Shown here: positions 1 to 9,938 of the stretch, piece by piece | Layout: each line of letters starts with the position of its first letter | Numbering within the stretch: position 1 is the first letter of the stretch | From: Candidatus Poseidoniaceae archaeon | GTDB lineage: Archaea > Thermoplasmatota > Poseidoniia > Poseidoniales > Poseidoniaceae | Direction: 5' to 3' | DNA: 64,000 bases | Assembly (NCBI GenBank): GCA_938084675.1 | Contig: CALKGM010000004.1 | Location: forward strand, 3,339-67,338 | Position numbers and translations under genes: made by a program | Notes under the pieces: model-generated | Seen by the model: only the letters and a program-made list of their open reading frames with translations | Told to the model about the DNA's origin: nothing | Databases searched by the model: none

Positions 1-331
<331 letters not shown>

Positions 332-357
332 TCATCCCTTTCAAGATTGACACGGAT

Positions 358-3300
358 TTATCCTTGACGCTGAAGCCATTGATGACCGTAATGCGTCCAT
401 TGTTCCATCGTCCAACCAGGCGGCAGGCCGTTTGGAGGCAGTGGTGGTCCTTGTGCAACAGGAAGTGTTGGCTGTGTAGGAGCGATGGGGTGTGTTGGGA
501 GCGGTAGCGGAGGCAAAGACTTCTCGGCCAACGGCAAGCCGGCTGGTGGCATTCCAGCCGGAGGCATCCCCGCAGGGGGTAATCTTGCCTGTGGCATACC
601 TGGTGGAAGGCCAGCGGGTACTGCTGCGGGAGCAGATGGCAGATCCATTGATTGCATGAGTGCTTTAGCAATCTCTTCCTGGCTGACTTCTCCACTTGTC
701 AAGTCATGAACTGCACTGCTGATGTCCAAAACTTCATCTCGCCTTGAACCCATGGTATCTGGATTGGTATGAGAATCGGGAGCCACAAGTTCCAATCCAT
801 CGTCTTGGAGCTCTCCTGATCGCTTCACTCGTCGAGCCACTACGGCCAAGACGAGGAACACCACAGCAAAGAGAGATACCGTAACACCTGTAGAAAGCCC
901 ACTAAGGAGGCCTTGGTTTCCAACTGCTGCCTTTGTGCTGGCATCAAGAGCATATGTGGTGATCACGTCATCCCCTGATGAAACCGTTATGCTAAGAGAA
1001 CCTGTTGCCCTTGAAACATCTTCCTTGGGCGCAAGCGTAACGGTGACAGTAACAGATTCACCAACTGCGAGTTCTGAAACCGATTCAGGAGAAACGGTGA
1101 TGGTCCAATCATTTCTTAGAGCACCATTCTTATCCAACATCTCTGCACCAATGGTACCGGTGAAAGGAATATTTCCATCATTCAAAAGAATAAAATTTTG
1201 GCTCGAGGATCCGTCCCGAGAGATATCCTCTAGAGGCCTGATCGTCTCATCTTCAACTGTTAGATTGGCATATGTAGATTCGAGAACACCAACCGTGACC
1301 ATCTGAGATGCCTCTGTGAAACGACCAGCATTGGTCCCATTGACCGAGACAAGGAGTTCAAAGGAACTTGGCGAAGCGGTCGCCTGAAGCGGTGGAATAA
1401 GACCGAGGCGGACCACTTTTTCTTCCCGAGGTTCAATGTAAATAACAGGATTAGCGAAACCTACCGACCAGCCGTCTGGAGTTAGGCCGTGTGTCCATTC
1501 CAAACCAAGGGCAGTATTTCCAGTATTTCTCAATGAAAATTCCCCGTAGGTAAATCGCTCGCTTATGGTGACGTCGATTTGGCCGTTTTCGGGACCCGAT
1601 AAACTGAGAGCCAATTCATCCCGGACAACTAGTTCAGTCACGTTTGAACGGAAATTTGATGATGAACGCTCCGTTCGGATAGTAAAGGTATTCGAATCAC
1701 CTTCTGCAGCTGTGATCGGTACTGTGAACACCAGCATAACAACGGTAGATTGGCCTGGCGGAATACTGAACCCTAGGGTGCGAGAATCGTTCTGGCCATC
1801 ATGGCTTACCCGAATCGCCCAGAGAGGATTAGACGGTTGAACTCGTACATCTAACGCAACAGCAAGGTTGCCTGTATTTTCTACTGTGAGATTCATGTAC
1901 AACTTTTGTCCACTATCGACTGCATTATCGCTGGACAAGTGGGAGGGGCCAACCCGTCCATCGTCGTCTGCGAGATGAACATCAAATGATTCCTGAGGCA
2001 ATACTTCAATGGATACAATTTCAGTGAAATTCATGGTCAGGTCAGTAAGTGACGTCACATAGCATGTTACTGTATCCGTGTCACCGGCAGCAGGAACGCC
2101 GCCCGCTACCAGAGGCACAATGATTCGAACCGCCATTGGTAAGTATTCCTGAATATTGAGAGGTTCAAAGTCCAGTTGTGATGAGTTGGAGCCGCCAAGC
2201 ATGACTTGCCATCGGTGCTCAGAAAAACATTCAACACTGTATTGTGCTGGTGCGTTCCCCGTGTTTTTGACGGAAATTGAGAAGAAACTTGACTCACCTG
2301 GCTCAGCCTCTAAGCCATTCGTCCCGGCAGCAACTACACTCACTTGGTCCAATTGTTCAACGACAATGTAAATCCGTTGACTATGGGCAACAGTTGGTTG
2401 GAATTCATAGCGTGCGGTAATATCAACAACATAGGTGCCAGCACGAACATAGCGTGGACTATCGGGGTTCGTTGTTAGGTCCGCATCGAGGTCTTCTAAG
2501 CGAAGATTGAGGGTGTTATTTGCATCCGCTGAGCCTTGGGCAGTAAGAATAAAATTAGTAGATTCGTCAAATGTTCGGCTCCACTGGTCTTGACTGGGAA
2601 GGAAAAAGTCTGCTCGTTCAGGAGAGGGGACTTGCACCATTGAGGAGGAAATGACGACTGATTGATTTCCTGTTCCTTCGTGAAGGACTGCCAGTGGAAT
2701 GTCAATTCCGGAGTCGTTGCGAACATCAAGAATCATGTTCGCATTTGATTCACGTTCTTCTGTGGTTTCAGGGAGGTCACCGTTATCGTCAGCAACAACA
2801 ACACGAACGCCTAACGCCATAACTTCGACATCAAGAGTGTAAACGTTGTTGTCCGTTCCTGTATTGGCATCGTTCATTTCAACGACTTGATCGGTTGTAT
2901 CAATTGAGATGCGAAGACTGTGAATGCCGGTTGTTGCGAATTGATGGTAAATTGTGATTGCGTCAAGTTGTCCAGGCTGCAAACCGTTTCGTGAGGCAGT
3001 GGTCAACGTTTGCTGGGTCGTCAGGTCCTCAAAGAGAACATCGAAACCTACTGATTGAGTGGTACCTTGGTTTACCCATGCAATACTGATGGCAATCAAA
3101 TCGTTGCGAAGTGGATTGACTGATGAAGGAACGATGCTTCCGTCAAAAACAGCGAGGTCTGCCTGTGGAGTCGGCGTAGCAACAGCCGACATAACCAGGC
3201 CAAAATCTTGAGTGGTTCCGCCACGATGAAGAACCTTTAGAATCCATTGACCTTGGCTGGCCGGAAGAGTGCCTGCAGGTATACGAACACGTTCGACGTT

Positions 3301-5334
3301 GTTGATATCATCAGCAGTTCCACCGGAAGTTGATTCACCCGATGAGAAGTGATTTCCAATCCACTCAACGCCGTTTGGGTCAACTAAAATCAAATCCATA
3401 TTATTGACCAAACGTGGTTGATTTTGAGGTGCGTTTGCACTACCGGCTTCATCACTCCATGCAAGCGTAATATCGATGCCGTGAGATGGGTCAAGTGTAA
3501 ACGAATAGAGAAGACCAAATCCTGGAGAGAGAGGCTTGTTGTCATCAAAGAAGGTGTTCAAAGGGGTTGTTCCATCCATCGGGAGAACAGTTCGTGACAG
3601 GTCTACCTGACCCCACCCCTCGTTTGCATTCGGGATATCTGGGGTTCCGAGGTCTTGAGCCCCGTTAATCATTGCAGCCTTGACAAGAGAACTGGAAGGG
3701 GAGCTAACACCTGCTTGCTCTCGAATGAATTCACGAGTCAATGCGGCAACACCTGATGCGACAGCAGTGGCTTGGGATGTTCCGGACAATTGCATGTAGT
3801 ACGAATTTCCTGTTGCATGAGAGCCTGTTAAACAGGATGGGCCCGCTGGGAATTTGGCTTCCTCGGCTAACCCAGAACAGACACCGACTCCAGGGGCAAC
3901 AAGGTCGGGCTTGATGCGCCCGTCAAGTGCAGGCCCATCTGAGGAAAAATTTGCGACTTCACCAGCTGCGACGGAACCATCAGCACCCGTAGTGGATGCA
4001 CCGATGGCGATAGTGTTTTTTGCCGTGGCGGGGGACGTGATCTTAGAAGCACCTTGTCCACCGTTATCTCCAATTGAGAAGATCGGAGTCATATCCGAGC
4101 GGTCGTTTACAAACTGGTCAACCGAACGTGCGTCGGCTGTATACTGACCGAAATTCCCGTTAAGTCCCCACGCATTTACGGTGATTCTTGCGGTCATTTG
4201 TTCTGCATCACGAAGAAGGTCGTAGATTGAGCCGATACGTCCGAACGCTCCAGTCGGGTCGTGTTCAAGGGCGTACATCACCAAATTTGCACTTGGGGCA
4301 ACCCCTCTTGCTGAAGAATCCCCAGAGCCGTTTCCAACAACGGTTACGGCAATGTGAGTACCATGACCTGAATTCGTGTCGTCAGGCGAGGGGTCAAGTC
4401 CAAACTGAGTGTATGTGGCCGCAACTCTTCCCGTTAAATCCGGGTGATTTTGGTCCAAGCCAGTGTCTGTAACCGCAATCATTTCACCTGAACCATCAAG
4501 CGTGAAGGTGGCGTTGTTGTTGACATCCTGAACCCCGGCGATTGACCAAGCAAGAGCGTTGTGAACACGAAGTTCAGCTGAGGGCTCGGTCCAAATGACT
4601 CGGCCATCATGAGCAATATTTCTGAGCAGCGTTAGGTCGTCCCCCTCAGAGATGACTGCTCGGCACAGCCACGCATCGCACCATGCCTCTTCTGCTCCGT
4701 AACGGACGAGGTCTGTTGCAAGCTCCGGATACCCGCCGAATCCCAAATCAGAGGCGGGAATCAATGTGATTGATGGGGTGGTTATTCCGTCATGAATCAA
4801 GTCGGGTGCTAGTCTCCATTGCGGTTGTTGGTGCCCTATCCATCGGATACGGTCGTCGTTTTCAAGCTGGACGTATGTGTCCATTGGAGGAGAAGGAAGA
4901 CGGACCAGCCATCCTTCATCATGGAAGAAGTCAAGCACTGTGAGGTCGTAATCTGTGTTCAGTGCTTGAAATGCGTCCCGGTTACCGTCGTGAAGTTGAA
5001 TCATAGCTAGGCCGGTAAGGCCTGCATCATTTTCTCGCGAAAATGAAGCAAGAACGTCTGGCCCTTCAGAAAATAAAGGGTCGAAACTTCCAGCAGCAAG
5101 GTGAATCATTCCTGTAGCAGGAGTCAACTCAACAGATACAAGGGATGCTTCAGGCATGGAACCCCACATCTCGGTTGCGAGCTCAAGACGTTCTTCTTCT
5201 GACATTTCTGGGGTCACAAAAGAAGGAATTTGATTGAAGTTGGTATCTGTCTCGATTGGTTGTTCAATCATGGTTGATAGAGGGGTCAGCACCATGAGCG
5301 CTAAGACAAAAACAAAGCCGAAATTGGAGCGCAT
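358..5334 (-). CDS. giant (1658 aa) membrane-anchored subtilisin-like (S8) serine protease with long beta-sandwich stalk
   Basis: N-terminal signal peptide (FGFVFVLALMVLTPLS). S8 catalytic triad motifs VTDTGLDQNHPDL (Asp), GHGTHIAVTVVGNG (His), LSGTSQATAVASGVAAL (Ser). About 1,000 aa of CARDB/NEW3-like repeats follow (e.g. FSLRNTGNTALGLEW..PDGWSV). C-terminal TM VTVSLFAVVFLVLAVV, then a 155-aa Pro-rich tail ending GWTMEQWTHYGHQWLQRQG. Confidence 0.85.
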   Translation of the reverse strand: MRSNFGFVFVLALMVLTPLSTMIEQPIETDTNFNQIPSFVTPEMSEEERLELATEMWGSMPEASLVSVELTPATGMIHLAAGSFDPLFSEGPDVLASFSRENDAGLTGLAMIQLHDGNRDAFQALNTDYDLTVLDFFHDEGWLVRLPSPPMDTYVQLENDDRIRWIGHQQPQWRLAPDLIHDGITTPSITLIPASDLGFGGYPELATDLVRYGAEEAWCDAWLCRAVISEGDDLTLLRNIAHDGRVIWTEPSAELRVHNALAWSIAGVQDVNNNATFTLDGSGEMIAVTDTGLDQNHPDLTGRVAATYTQFGLDPSPDDTNSGHGTHIAVTVVGNGSGDSSARGVAPSANLVMYALEHDPTGAFGRIGSIYDLLRDAEQMTARITVNAWGLNGNFGQYTADARSVDQFVNDRSDMTPIFSIGDNGGQGASKITSPATAKNTIAIGASTTGADGSVAAGEVANFSSDGPALDGRIKPDLVAPGVGVCSGLAEEAKFPAGPSCLTGSHATGNSYYMQLSGTSQATAVASGVAALTREFIREQAGVSSPSSSLVKAAMINGAQDLGTPDIPNANEGWGQVDLSRTVLPMDGTTPLNTFFDDNKPLSPGFGLLYSFTLDPSHGIDITLAWSDEAGSANAPQNQPRLVNNMDLILVDPNGVEWIGNHFSSGESTSGGTADDINNVERVRIPAGTLPASQGQWILKVLHRGGTTQDFGLVMSAVATPTPQADLAVFDGSIVPSSVNPLRNDLIAISIAWVNQGTTQSVGFDVLFEDLTTQQTLTTASRNGLQPGQLDAITIYHQFATTGIHSLRISIDTTDQVVEMNDANTGTDNNVYTLDVEVMALGVRVVVADDNGDLPETTEERESNANMILDVRNDSGIDIPLAVLHEGTGNQSVVISSSMVQVPSPERADFFLPSQDQWSRTFDESTNFILTAQGSADANNTLNLRLEDLDADLTTNPDSPRYVRAGTYVVDITARYEFQPTVAHSQRIYIVVEQLDQVSVVAAGTNGLEAEPGESSFFSISVKNTGNAPAQYSVECFSEHRWQVMLGGSNSSQLDFEPLNIQEYLPMAVRIIVPLVAGGVPAAGDTDTVTCYVTSLTDLTMNFTEIVSIEVLPQESFDVHLADDDGRVGPSHLSSDNAVDSGQKLYMNLTVENTGNLAVALDVRVQPSNPLWAIRVSHDGQNDSRTLGFSIPPGQSTVVMLVFTVPITAAEGDSNTFTIRTERSSSNFRSNVTELVVRDELALSLSGPENGQIDVTISERFTYGEFSLRNTGNTALGLEWTHGLTPDGWSVGFANPVIYIEPREEKVVRLGLIPPLQATASPSSFELLVSVNGTNAGRFTEASQMVTVGVLESTYANLTVEDETIRPLEDISRDGSSSQNFILLNDGNIPFTGTIGAEMLDKNGALRNDWTITVSPESVSELAVGESVTVTVTLAPKEDVSRATGSLSITVSSGDDVITTYALDASTKAAVGNQGLLSGLSTGVTVSLFAVVFLVLAVVARRVKRSGELQDDGLELVAPDSHTNPDTMGSRRDEVLDISSAVHDLTSGEVSQEEIAKALMQSMDLPSAPAAVPAGLPPGMPQARLPPAGMPPAGMPPAGLPLAEKSLPPLPLPTHPIAPTQPTLPVAQGPPLPPNGLPPGWTMEQWTHYGHQWLQRQG
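536..580 (-). repeat. imperfect 15-nt x3 tandem repeat encoding PPAGM-PPAGM-PPAGL
   Basis: The plus strand reads agccggctggtggcattccagccggaggcatccccgcagggggt, inside the cytoplasmic tail of the giant S8 protease. Confidence 0.7.
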
Positions 5335-5404
5335 GATTTTACGAACAGCACTCCACTTTTGAAGGATACTCTTCTGTGCGTGAACAAATCAGTATGAACG
5401 GGCC

Positions 5405-6442
5405 TTAAATCCCGTTGTAAATTGCGATTGCAGCATCGGTTTTAGCAACGGAAACTCTCCAATCATCCTCGGTGCCCATTAGAGCACGAATCGCATCTAC
5501 ATTTTCTGGAATAACATCGGATTCTTGGTGAATCGCTTGGAAATAATAAAGCGTATTTCCATCAAGTTTCACCCCGTCTTCCCATACAAAGATTTCATGC
5601 AAGTCACCCCACTTGCGACCGATGTCGCGAGCATATTCCATGACTTCGGCGGTTGTGGTGATGTTTGTTTCAGCGCCGTTCATGATGATGATTCGGGGGT
5701 TACTCTTCCACAATTCAAGTACAGATTGTGTAGTCAAGCCGTGTCCATCAGGCAGTGTGGCGACGATAGAATGGCAGTGCATGAGTGTGGTTGGGACTGC
5801 AACAGCCATTGAATTAATCGCAATTTCGGGTTTCACTGTCATGACGTCGGGGCCGTGATGGGATGGAACCTTCAGTACGGGTTTGATAGCGTTAATCGGT
5901 CCTTTGGCTGAATCACCCGGGTCTGCCGCTCGACGGATCATGGTGCATTCAACTGAGAGAGAGCCACAATGTTCGTAGAGTGGAACCAACGTTCGGGAAA
6001 GACCCGTTGTATTGCAGGATACGACACGAGTTCCTTGGACGTTTTTGTTCTCAAGGTGATTAGCTGAGGAGGTATAGGACATTCCGGTCATTGCGTGCTT
6101 TTCTCCACCTTGGAAAATGTACTTTACATCGGCTGCAAGATACTTCTCTTTGTTTGATGCGCCCACTTTACCAGGCGAGCAATCAACGACGACATCTGCA
6201 ATTTCAAGAAGGTCTGAGAGACCACCCTCGCACTGGTAACCACCGGCTGCAAACGCTGCGATTTTGGATTCATCGTCGTATGTACAATACAACGGATATC
6301 CTTTGCGAACCGCTAAGTCGCATCCAAAGGACGGTCGGGTCTTTGTAACGCCGATAATTTCCATGTCATCTTGGGCGTCAACGGCATCCGCTACACGCTT
6401 TCCGATTGTTCCGTATCCGTTGATGGCGACCTTGATGCTCAT
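5405..6442 (-). CDS. gap: glyceraldehyde-3-phosphate dehydrogenase, archaeal type II
   Basis: MSIKVAINGYGTIGKRVADAV Rossmann N-terminus and catalytic Cys context VVSCNTTGL; length typical for archaeal GAPDH. Start moved from the ORF-track 6502 to ATG 6442, which is preceded by GGAGAGG and a TTTATT box about 36 nt upstream. Confidence 0.9.
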   Translation of the reverse strand: MSIKVAINGYGTIGKRVADAVDAQDDMEIIGVTKTRPSFGCDLAVRKGYPLYCTYDDESKIAAFAAGGYQCEGGLSDLLEIADVVVDCSPGKVGASNKEKYLAADVKYIFQGGEKHAMTGMSYTSSANHLENKNVQGTRVVSCNTTGLSRTLVPLYEHCGSLSVECTMIRRAADPGDSAKGPINAIKPVLKVPSHHGPDVMTVKPEIAINSMAVAVPTTLMHCHSIVATLPDGHGLTTQSVLELWKSNPRIIIMNGAETNITTTAEVMEYARDIGRKWGDLHEIFVWEDGVKLDGNTLYYFQAIHQESDVIPENVDAIRALMGTEDDWRVSVAKTDAAIAIYNGI

Positions 6443-6475
6443 GACCCTCTCCATGCCTTGCTCAGTGAGGCCCTC

Positions 6476-6481
6476 AATAAA
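6476..6481 (-). promoter_or_regulatory. candidate TATA-like box (TTTATT) upstream of gap
   Basis: The minus strand reads GTGTTTATTGAGGGCCTCACTGAGCAAGGCATGGAGAGGGTC-ATG. The box is ~36 nt upstream of ATG 6442 and GGAGAGG is adjacent to the start. Confidence 0.2.
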
Positions 6482-6592
6482 CACTTCTTCACAAAAAGCC
6501 ATGAAATCCGTTACAAAAATTCACGACGAGAACGAAAATTTTGAAGGCCAAAGACGGGAGGATATTTGAGCAGGAACCACGAGCATAGCAAC

Positions 6593-8170
6593 ATGGCGGA
6601 TGTTTCTGATGTGGTTCTGCGGTCGATGAGCATCAACGAAAAGTTGGGTCCTCGCTTGCAAGCTGCTGCAGAACAAAATGCCATTCTTAGAATTGGATGG
6701 ACAAATGCCGGAGATCCAGTCCCAAAAAACGGAGAACTCGGACTCTGCCCAGCACTCCCGAAAGGGTCACGAATCCGTGCATTGGGTGTATTAGGCTCGT
6801 GGGTATCGGCTTTTGGAAAAGGTGGCTCATTCACTGTTCAAGGAGATGCAGGCTCATTTCTAGGAGCAGCAAACGATGGCACAACCATCGTTTGCGAGCG
6901 AATGGCTGGAAACTTTACCGGCTACAAAATGCGAAGTGGAATCATTACCGTGCTTGATGGATGTGGTAACGACACAGGTGCCTGCATGGAAGGAGGCATT
7001 CTTGTGGTTCGAGGTGCAGCCGGTCAGCGGATAGGCGGAGGCATGCAAGACGGACTTGTGGTTGTTCACGGCGACGTTGGACCCGACCCCGGAGCAGGAA
7101 TGCAAGGCGGTCGTATCATCATCAACGGACGATGCCCAACGCCGCCCCCGGGCGTGGTTCTACGACCACTTAGCGCTAAAGAGGTCAAAGAAATCAATAC
7201 CCTGTTGGACGATGAAACACTGCATGTTCCAGGAGATGCTGTTTGCTTGACGCATCAAGAAGGGCTCAATGTAGAATCCTTCGGTCATACGGTATCTGCT
7301 GGAGACCTCTCCCAAGTTGGGCTGCTCGGACACAAAAAACCACAACTAGCAACATATGCAACGGTTGACACGGTTGCATTAGTTGGAATTTCTGAAGAAG
7401 TTCAATCCCTTGCACTACCTCTTCCCATGCTTCCCTTTGTTGACACGGCATCAAGCATGGAAACTGATGCATCGGGAGATGATATTGCTATGGAGGTATT
7501 GAACCGTCATCCGGTAATGACCTCCTCTGAGCCACGACCTGTTGACGTCCTGTTGGTTGGTGAATCAAATCTTCTTGATGTGGGCGAAGAACTCCCGACT
7601 GCGGGCGGATTTGGTGTTGACTTTGATCACCTCCCCAACATGAATGCAGAGGAAATTGATGGTTTTCTCGTCGCTCTTCGGTCTCTTGCAAAAGAGAATG
7701 CCCCCGTGATTTTTGTCCAAGGAATCAGCCGGATTCAAGTCCTACATCAGCGCGCAGAATACCACTCAGCAGATGTAGCAATGGCCAGAATTGAAGACGG
7801 TTCTGGACTTTCCGAAGCCGCCTCGCTCCCAATGACTGGTCGGTCAAAGAAAGCTCATATTACCAATGCATCGGTCCAAACTGGAATCCTGCTTGGTTTT
7901 GCGGCGAACGGTCATGATTTAGCCGTCTTGGTAGCATCTGGCGCAAATATTGTATCGTGCGAAGCACCAATGGCGGACGGCATGGACATTGCATATTGGC
8001 TCCAGGGAACACAAGAAGAACTTGCGCAGCATCTTCGGCGGATTGGCGTTGATAGTATTGACCTGTTAGAACGTTCACACCTCCGTGCTCTTGACCACGA
8101 AACAGCAGCGGTAAGTGGATTGAGGCTATCCGGCTATGACCGACCGCTCCCTCACTGGTTTGCTCGTTAG
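6593..8170 (+). CDS. GXGXG-motif protein (glutamate synthase alpha-subunit C-terminal-domain-like beta-helix) fused to a divergent ~300-aa C-terminal domain
   Basis: Repeated G-rich turns VQGDAGSFLGAANDGTTIV..MAGNFTGYKMRSGIITVLDGCGNDTGACMEGGILVVRGAAGQRIGGGMQDGLVVVHGDVGPDPGAGMQGGRIIINGRC are typical of the GXGXG domain. The ORF track opens at TTG 6566; ATG 6593 (MADVSDVV) is the more conservative start. Confidence 0.5.
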   Translation: MADVSDVVLRSMSINEKLGPRLQAAAEQNAILRIGWTNAGDPVPKNGELGLCPALPKGSRIRALGVLGSWVSAFGKGGSFTVQGDAGSFLGAANDGTTIVCERMAGNFTGYKMRSGIITVLDGCGNDTGACMEGGILVVRGAAGQRIGGGMQDGLVVVHGDVGPDPGAGMQGGRIIINGRCPTPPPGVVLRPLSAKEVKEINTLLDDETLHVPGDAVCLTHQEGLNVESFGHTVSAGDLSQVGLLGHKKPQLATYATVDTVALVGISEEVQSLALPLPMLPFVDTASSMETDASGDDIAMEVLNRHPVMTSSEPRPVDVLLVGESNLLDVGEELPTAGGFGVDFDHLPNMNAEEIDGFLVALRSLAKENAPVIFVQGISRIQVLHQRAEYHSADVAMARIEDGSGLSEAASLPMTGRSKKAHITNASVQTGILLGFAANGHDLAVLVASGANIVSCEAPMADGMDIAYWLQGTQEELAQHLRRIGVDSIDLLERSHLRALDHETAAVSGLRLSGYDRPLPHWFAR

Positions 8171-8177
8171 GTGATTC

Positions 8178-9929
8178 ATGATGCCTACCATATCTGTGCC
8201 CCAATCGCTGCTCAAAGCCCTCCTCAGCAAACATGGGATTGTCCATGATGTTGAAGTGATGGGAGACCAACTTCCATTGATGGGAACCGATATTGATGGA
8301 TGTGATGACGAAACTCTTGACATCGAAATTTTCCCTGACCGACCCGACTTGCTCAGCGGAGAGACACTGGCATATGCCATTCGCCCATTTCTTCATGGCG
8401 CCCCAGCGGCACCTGAGATTCAGACCGTTTCGAGCGGAATAAAGATGCATGTTGAACCGAGTTTATCGGCCATTAGACCTGTCGTGATGGGTGCGGTCGT
8501 GAAAGGGGTTGTTCTCCCCGATGGTGCAGATGAACAAGAATCGTTCATCAAGGCCCTCATGGACCATCAAGAGAAGCTACACTTTGCACTCGGACGTGGT
8601 CGGAAACGAGCCTCAATCGGCGTCCATGACCTCGCAGCACTTCAACCCCCATTCAATGTCGTAGCCGCTCCAGGGACTCGGTCATTCATACCACTCGGAG
8701 AAGAAACTGCAATGGATATGACTACCATTCTAACAACGCACCCAAAGGGTGTTGATTACGCTCATTTGCTGGACGGCATGACGTCCTATCCACTCATTGT
8801 TGACGCCAACGACGATGTGCTTTCATTCCCTCCAATCATCAATGGAAACCATACTACTGTGACGACTAAAACCCGAGACTTCTTTGTGGATGTAACCGGT
8901 TGGGACCAACGTGCTTGCGAATCCTCACTCATGCTCATTTGCCTCCAACTCCAAGAACGTGGAGGGAAAATAGAGACTGTTGAAGTGACCACCTGTGAAG
9001 GTCAAATCATAACCACTCCAAATGGTGCAGGCAAATCTCACCTCGTCCCTGAAGAATTGGTCACTGGCTTACTTGGGCGGGAATTTTCAGATGATGAACT
9101 CAACCATGCAATCAACCGCATGGGTGGAACGTTTGTTGGCAGGAAAGATGCTCCAAAGGATTCACCAAAGCGTGCCTCTAAAATGTCCGAGGTAAGCGAA
9201 GGGGGAAACCTTCTCGAATTCAAAATGCCACGTTGGCGCTTTGACATCCTTCACCCCGTAGATTTAGTGGAAGACATCGCCATAGGCCATGGATACGAAG
9301 ACTTGGGCGAAGACCAACCTGTAGCCCAACTTACCGCTCAACCCCGCCCTGATCACAACATGAGACGCCGACTTCGTGAATCCATGCAGGGTCTTGGATT
9401 GATGCAAATCCAATCTCTTACTCTTTCAAATGAAACAGACCAATTCACCAACATGCGCTGGAGTCAAAATCACGCTGTTACGGTCATAACAAACCCCATT
9501 ACCGTCGACCATACCATGTTGCGACAGTTCCTTTTGCCGGGGTTACTCCGCTTACTTGCAACGAATCGTCATCACGACCTTCCGCAAGGTGTCTATGAAC
9601 TCGGAACCGTGGTTAGAGATCATAAAAATGAGGATAGAATGGCTTTCCTCATGGCAGAACGAAGTGGTGGATTTGCTGCTGTTCGAGGAAGAATTCAAGC
9701 GTTGTGTACCGACCTTGGCGTTTCAAACTGGCGTGCTGAACCCTTAGAGGATGGGGACGGTCCGTGGCTCGCTGGACGAGGCTCAAAACTCATTATCAAC
9801 GACACATGGGTAGGTTGTTTTGGTGAAATTGACCCTTCAGTGGCCATGAATTATGAACTTCGGGTGCCGATTAACGGTGCTGAGATTGATGTCACCGCCC
9901 TCGTAAATCTTCTTGAAGACCCCGTCTGA
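8178..9929 (+). CDS. pheT: phenylalanine--tRNA ligase beta subunit, archaeal type
   Basis: 583 aa. N-terminus MPTISVPQSLLKALL, B3/4-, B5- and catalytic-like-domain architecture, and length typical of archaeal PheT. AGGTGA Shine-Dalgarno lies immediately upstream; 7 nt after the preceding gene. Confidence 0.88.
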   Translation: MMPTISVPQSLLKALLSKHGIVHDVEVMGDQLPLMGTDIDGCDDETLDIEIFPDRPDLLSGETLAYAIRPFLHGAPAAPEIQTVSSGIKMHVEPSLSAIRPVVMGAVVKGVVLPDGADEQESFIKALMDHQEKLHFALGRGRKRASIGVHDLAALQPPFNVVAAPGTRSFIPLGEETAMDMTTILTTHPKGVDYAHLLDGMTSYPLIVDANDDVLSFPPIINGNHTTVTTKTRDFFVDVTGWDQRACESSLMLICLQLQERGGKIETVEVTTCEGQIITTPNGAGKSHLVPEELVTGLLGREFSDDELNHAINRMGGTFVGRKDAPKDSPKRASKMSEVSEGGNLLEFKMPRWRFDILHPVDLVEDIAIGHGYEDLGEDQPVAQLTAQPRPDHNMRRRLRESMQGLGLMQIQSLTLSNETDQFTNMRWSQNHAVTVITNPITVDHTMLRQFLLPGLLRLLATNRHHDLPQGVYELGTVVRDHKNEDRMAFLMAERSGGFAAVRGRIQALCTDLGVSNWRAEPLEDGDGPWLAGRGSKLIINDTWVGCFGEIDPSVAMNYELRVPINGAEIDVTALVNLLEDPV

Positions 9930-9938
9930 GGTATCGCC

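Noticed and set aside
6566-8170. Annotating the 534-aa ORF as a functional glutamate synthase subunit
   Set aside because: Only the GXGXG beta-helix is recognisable. No amidotransferase, intact FMN-binding or Fe-S motifs were seen, so it is kept as a domain-level call.
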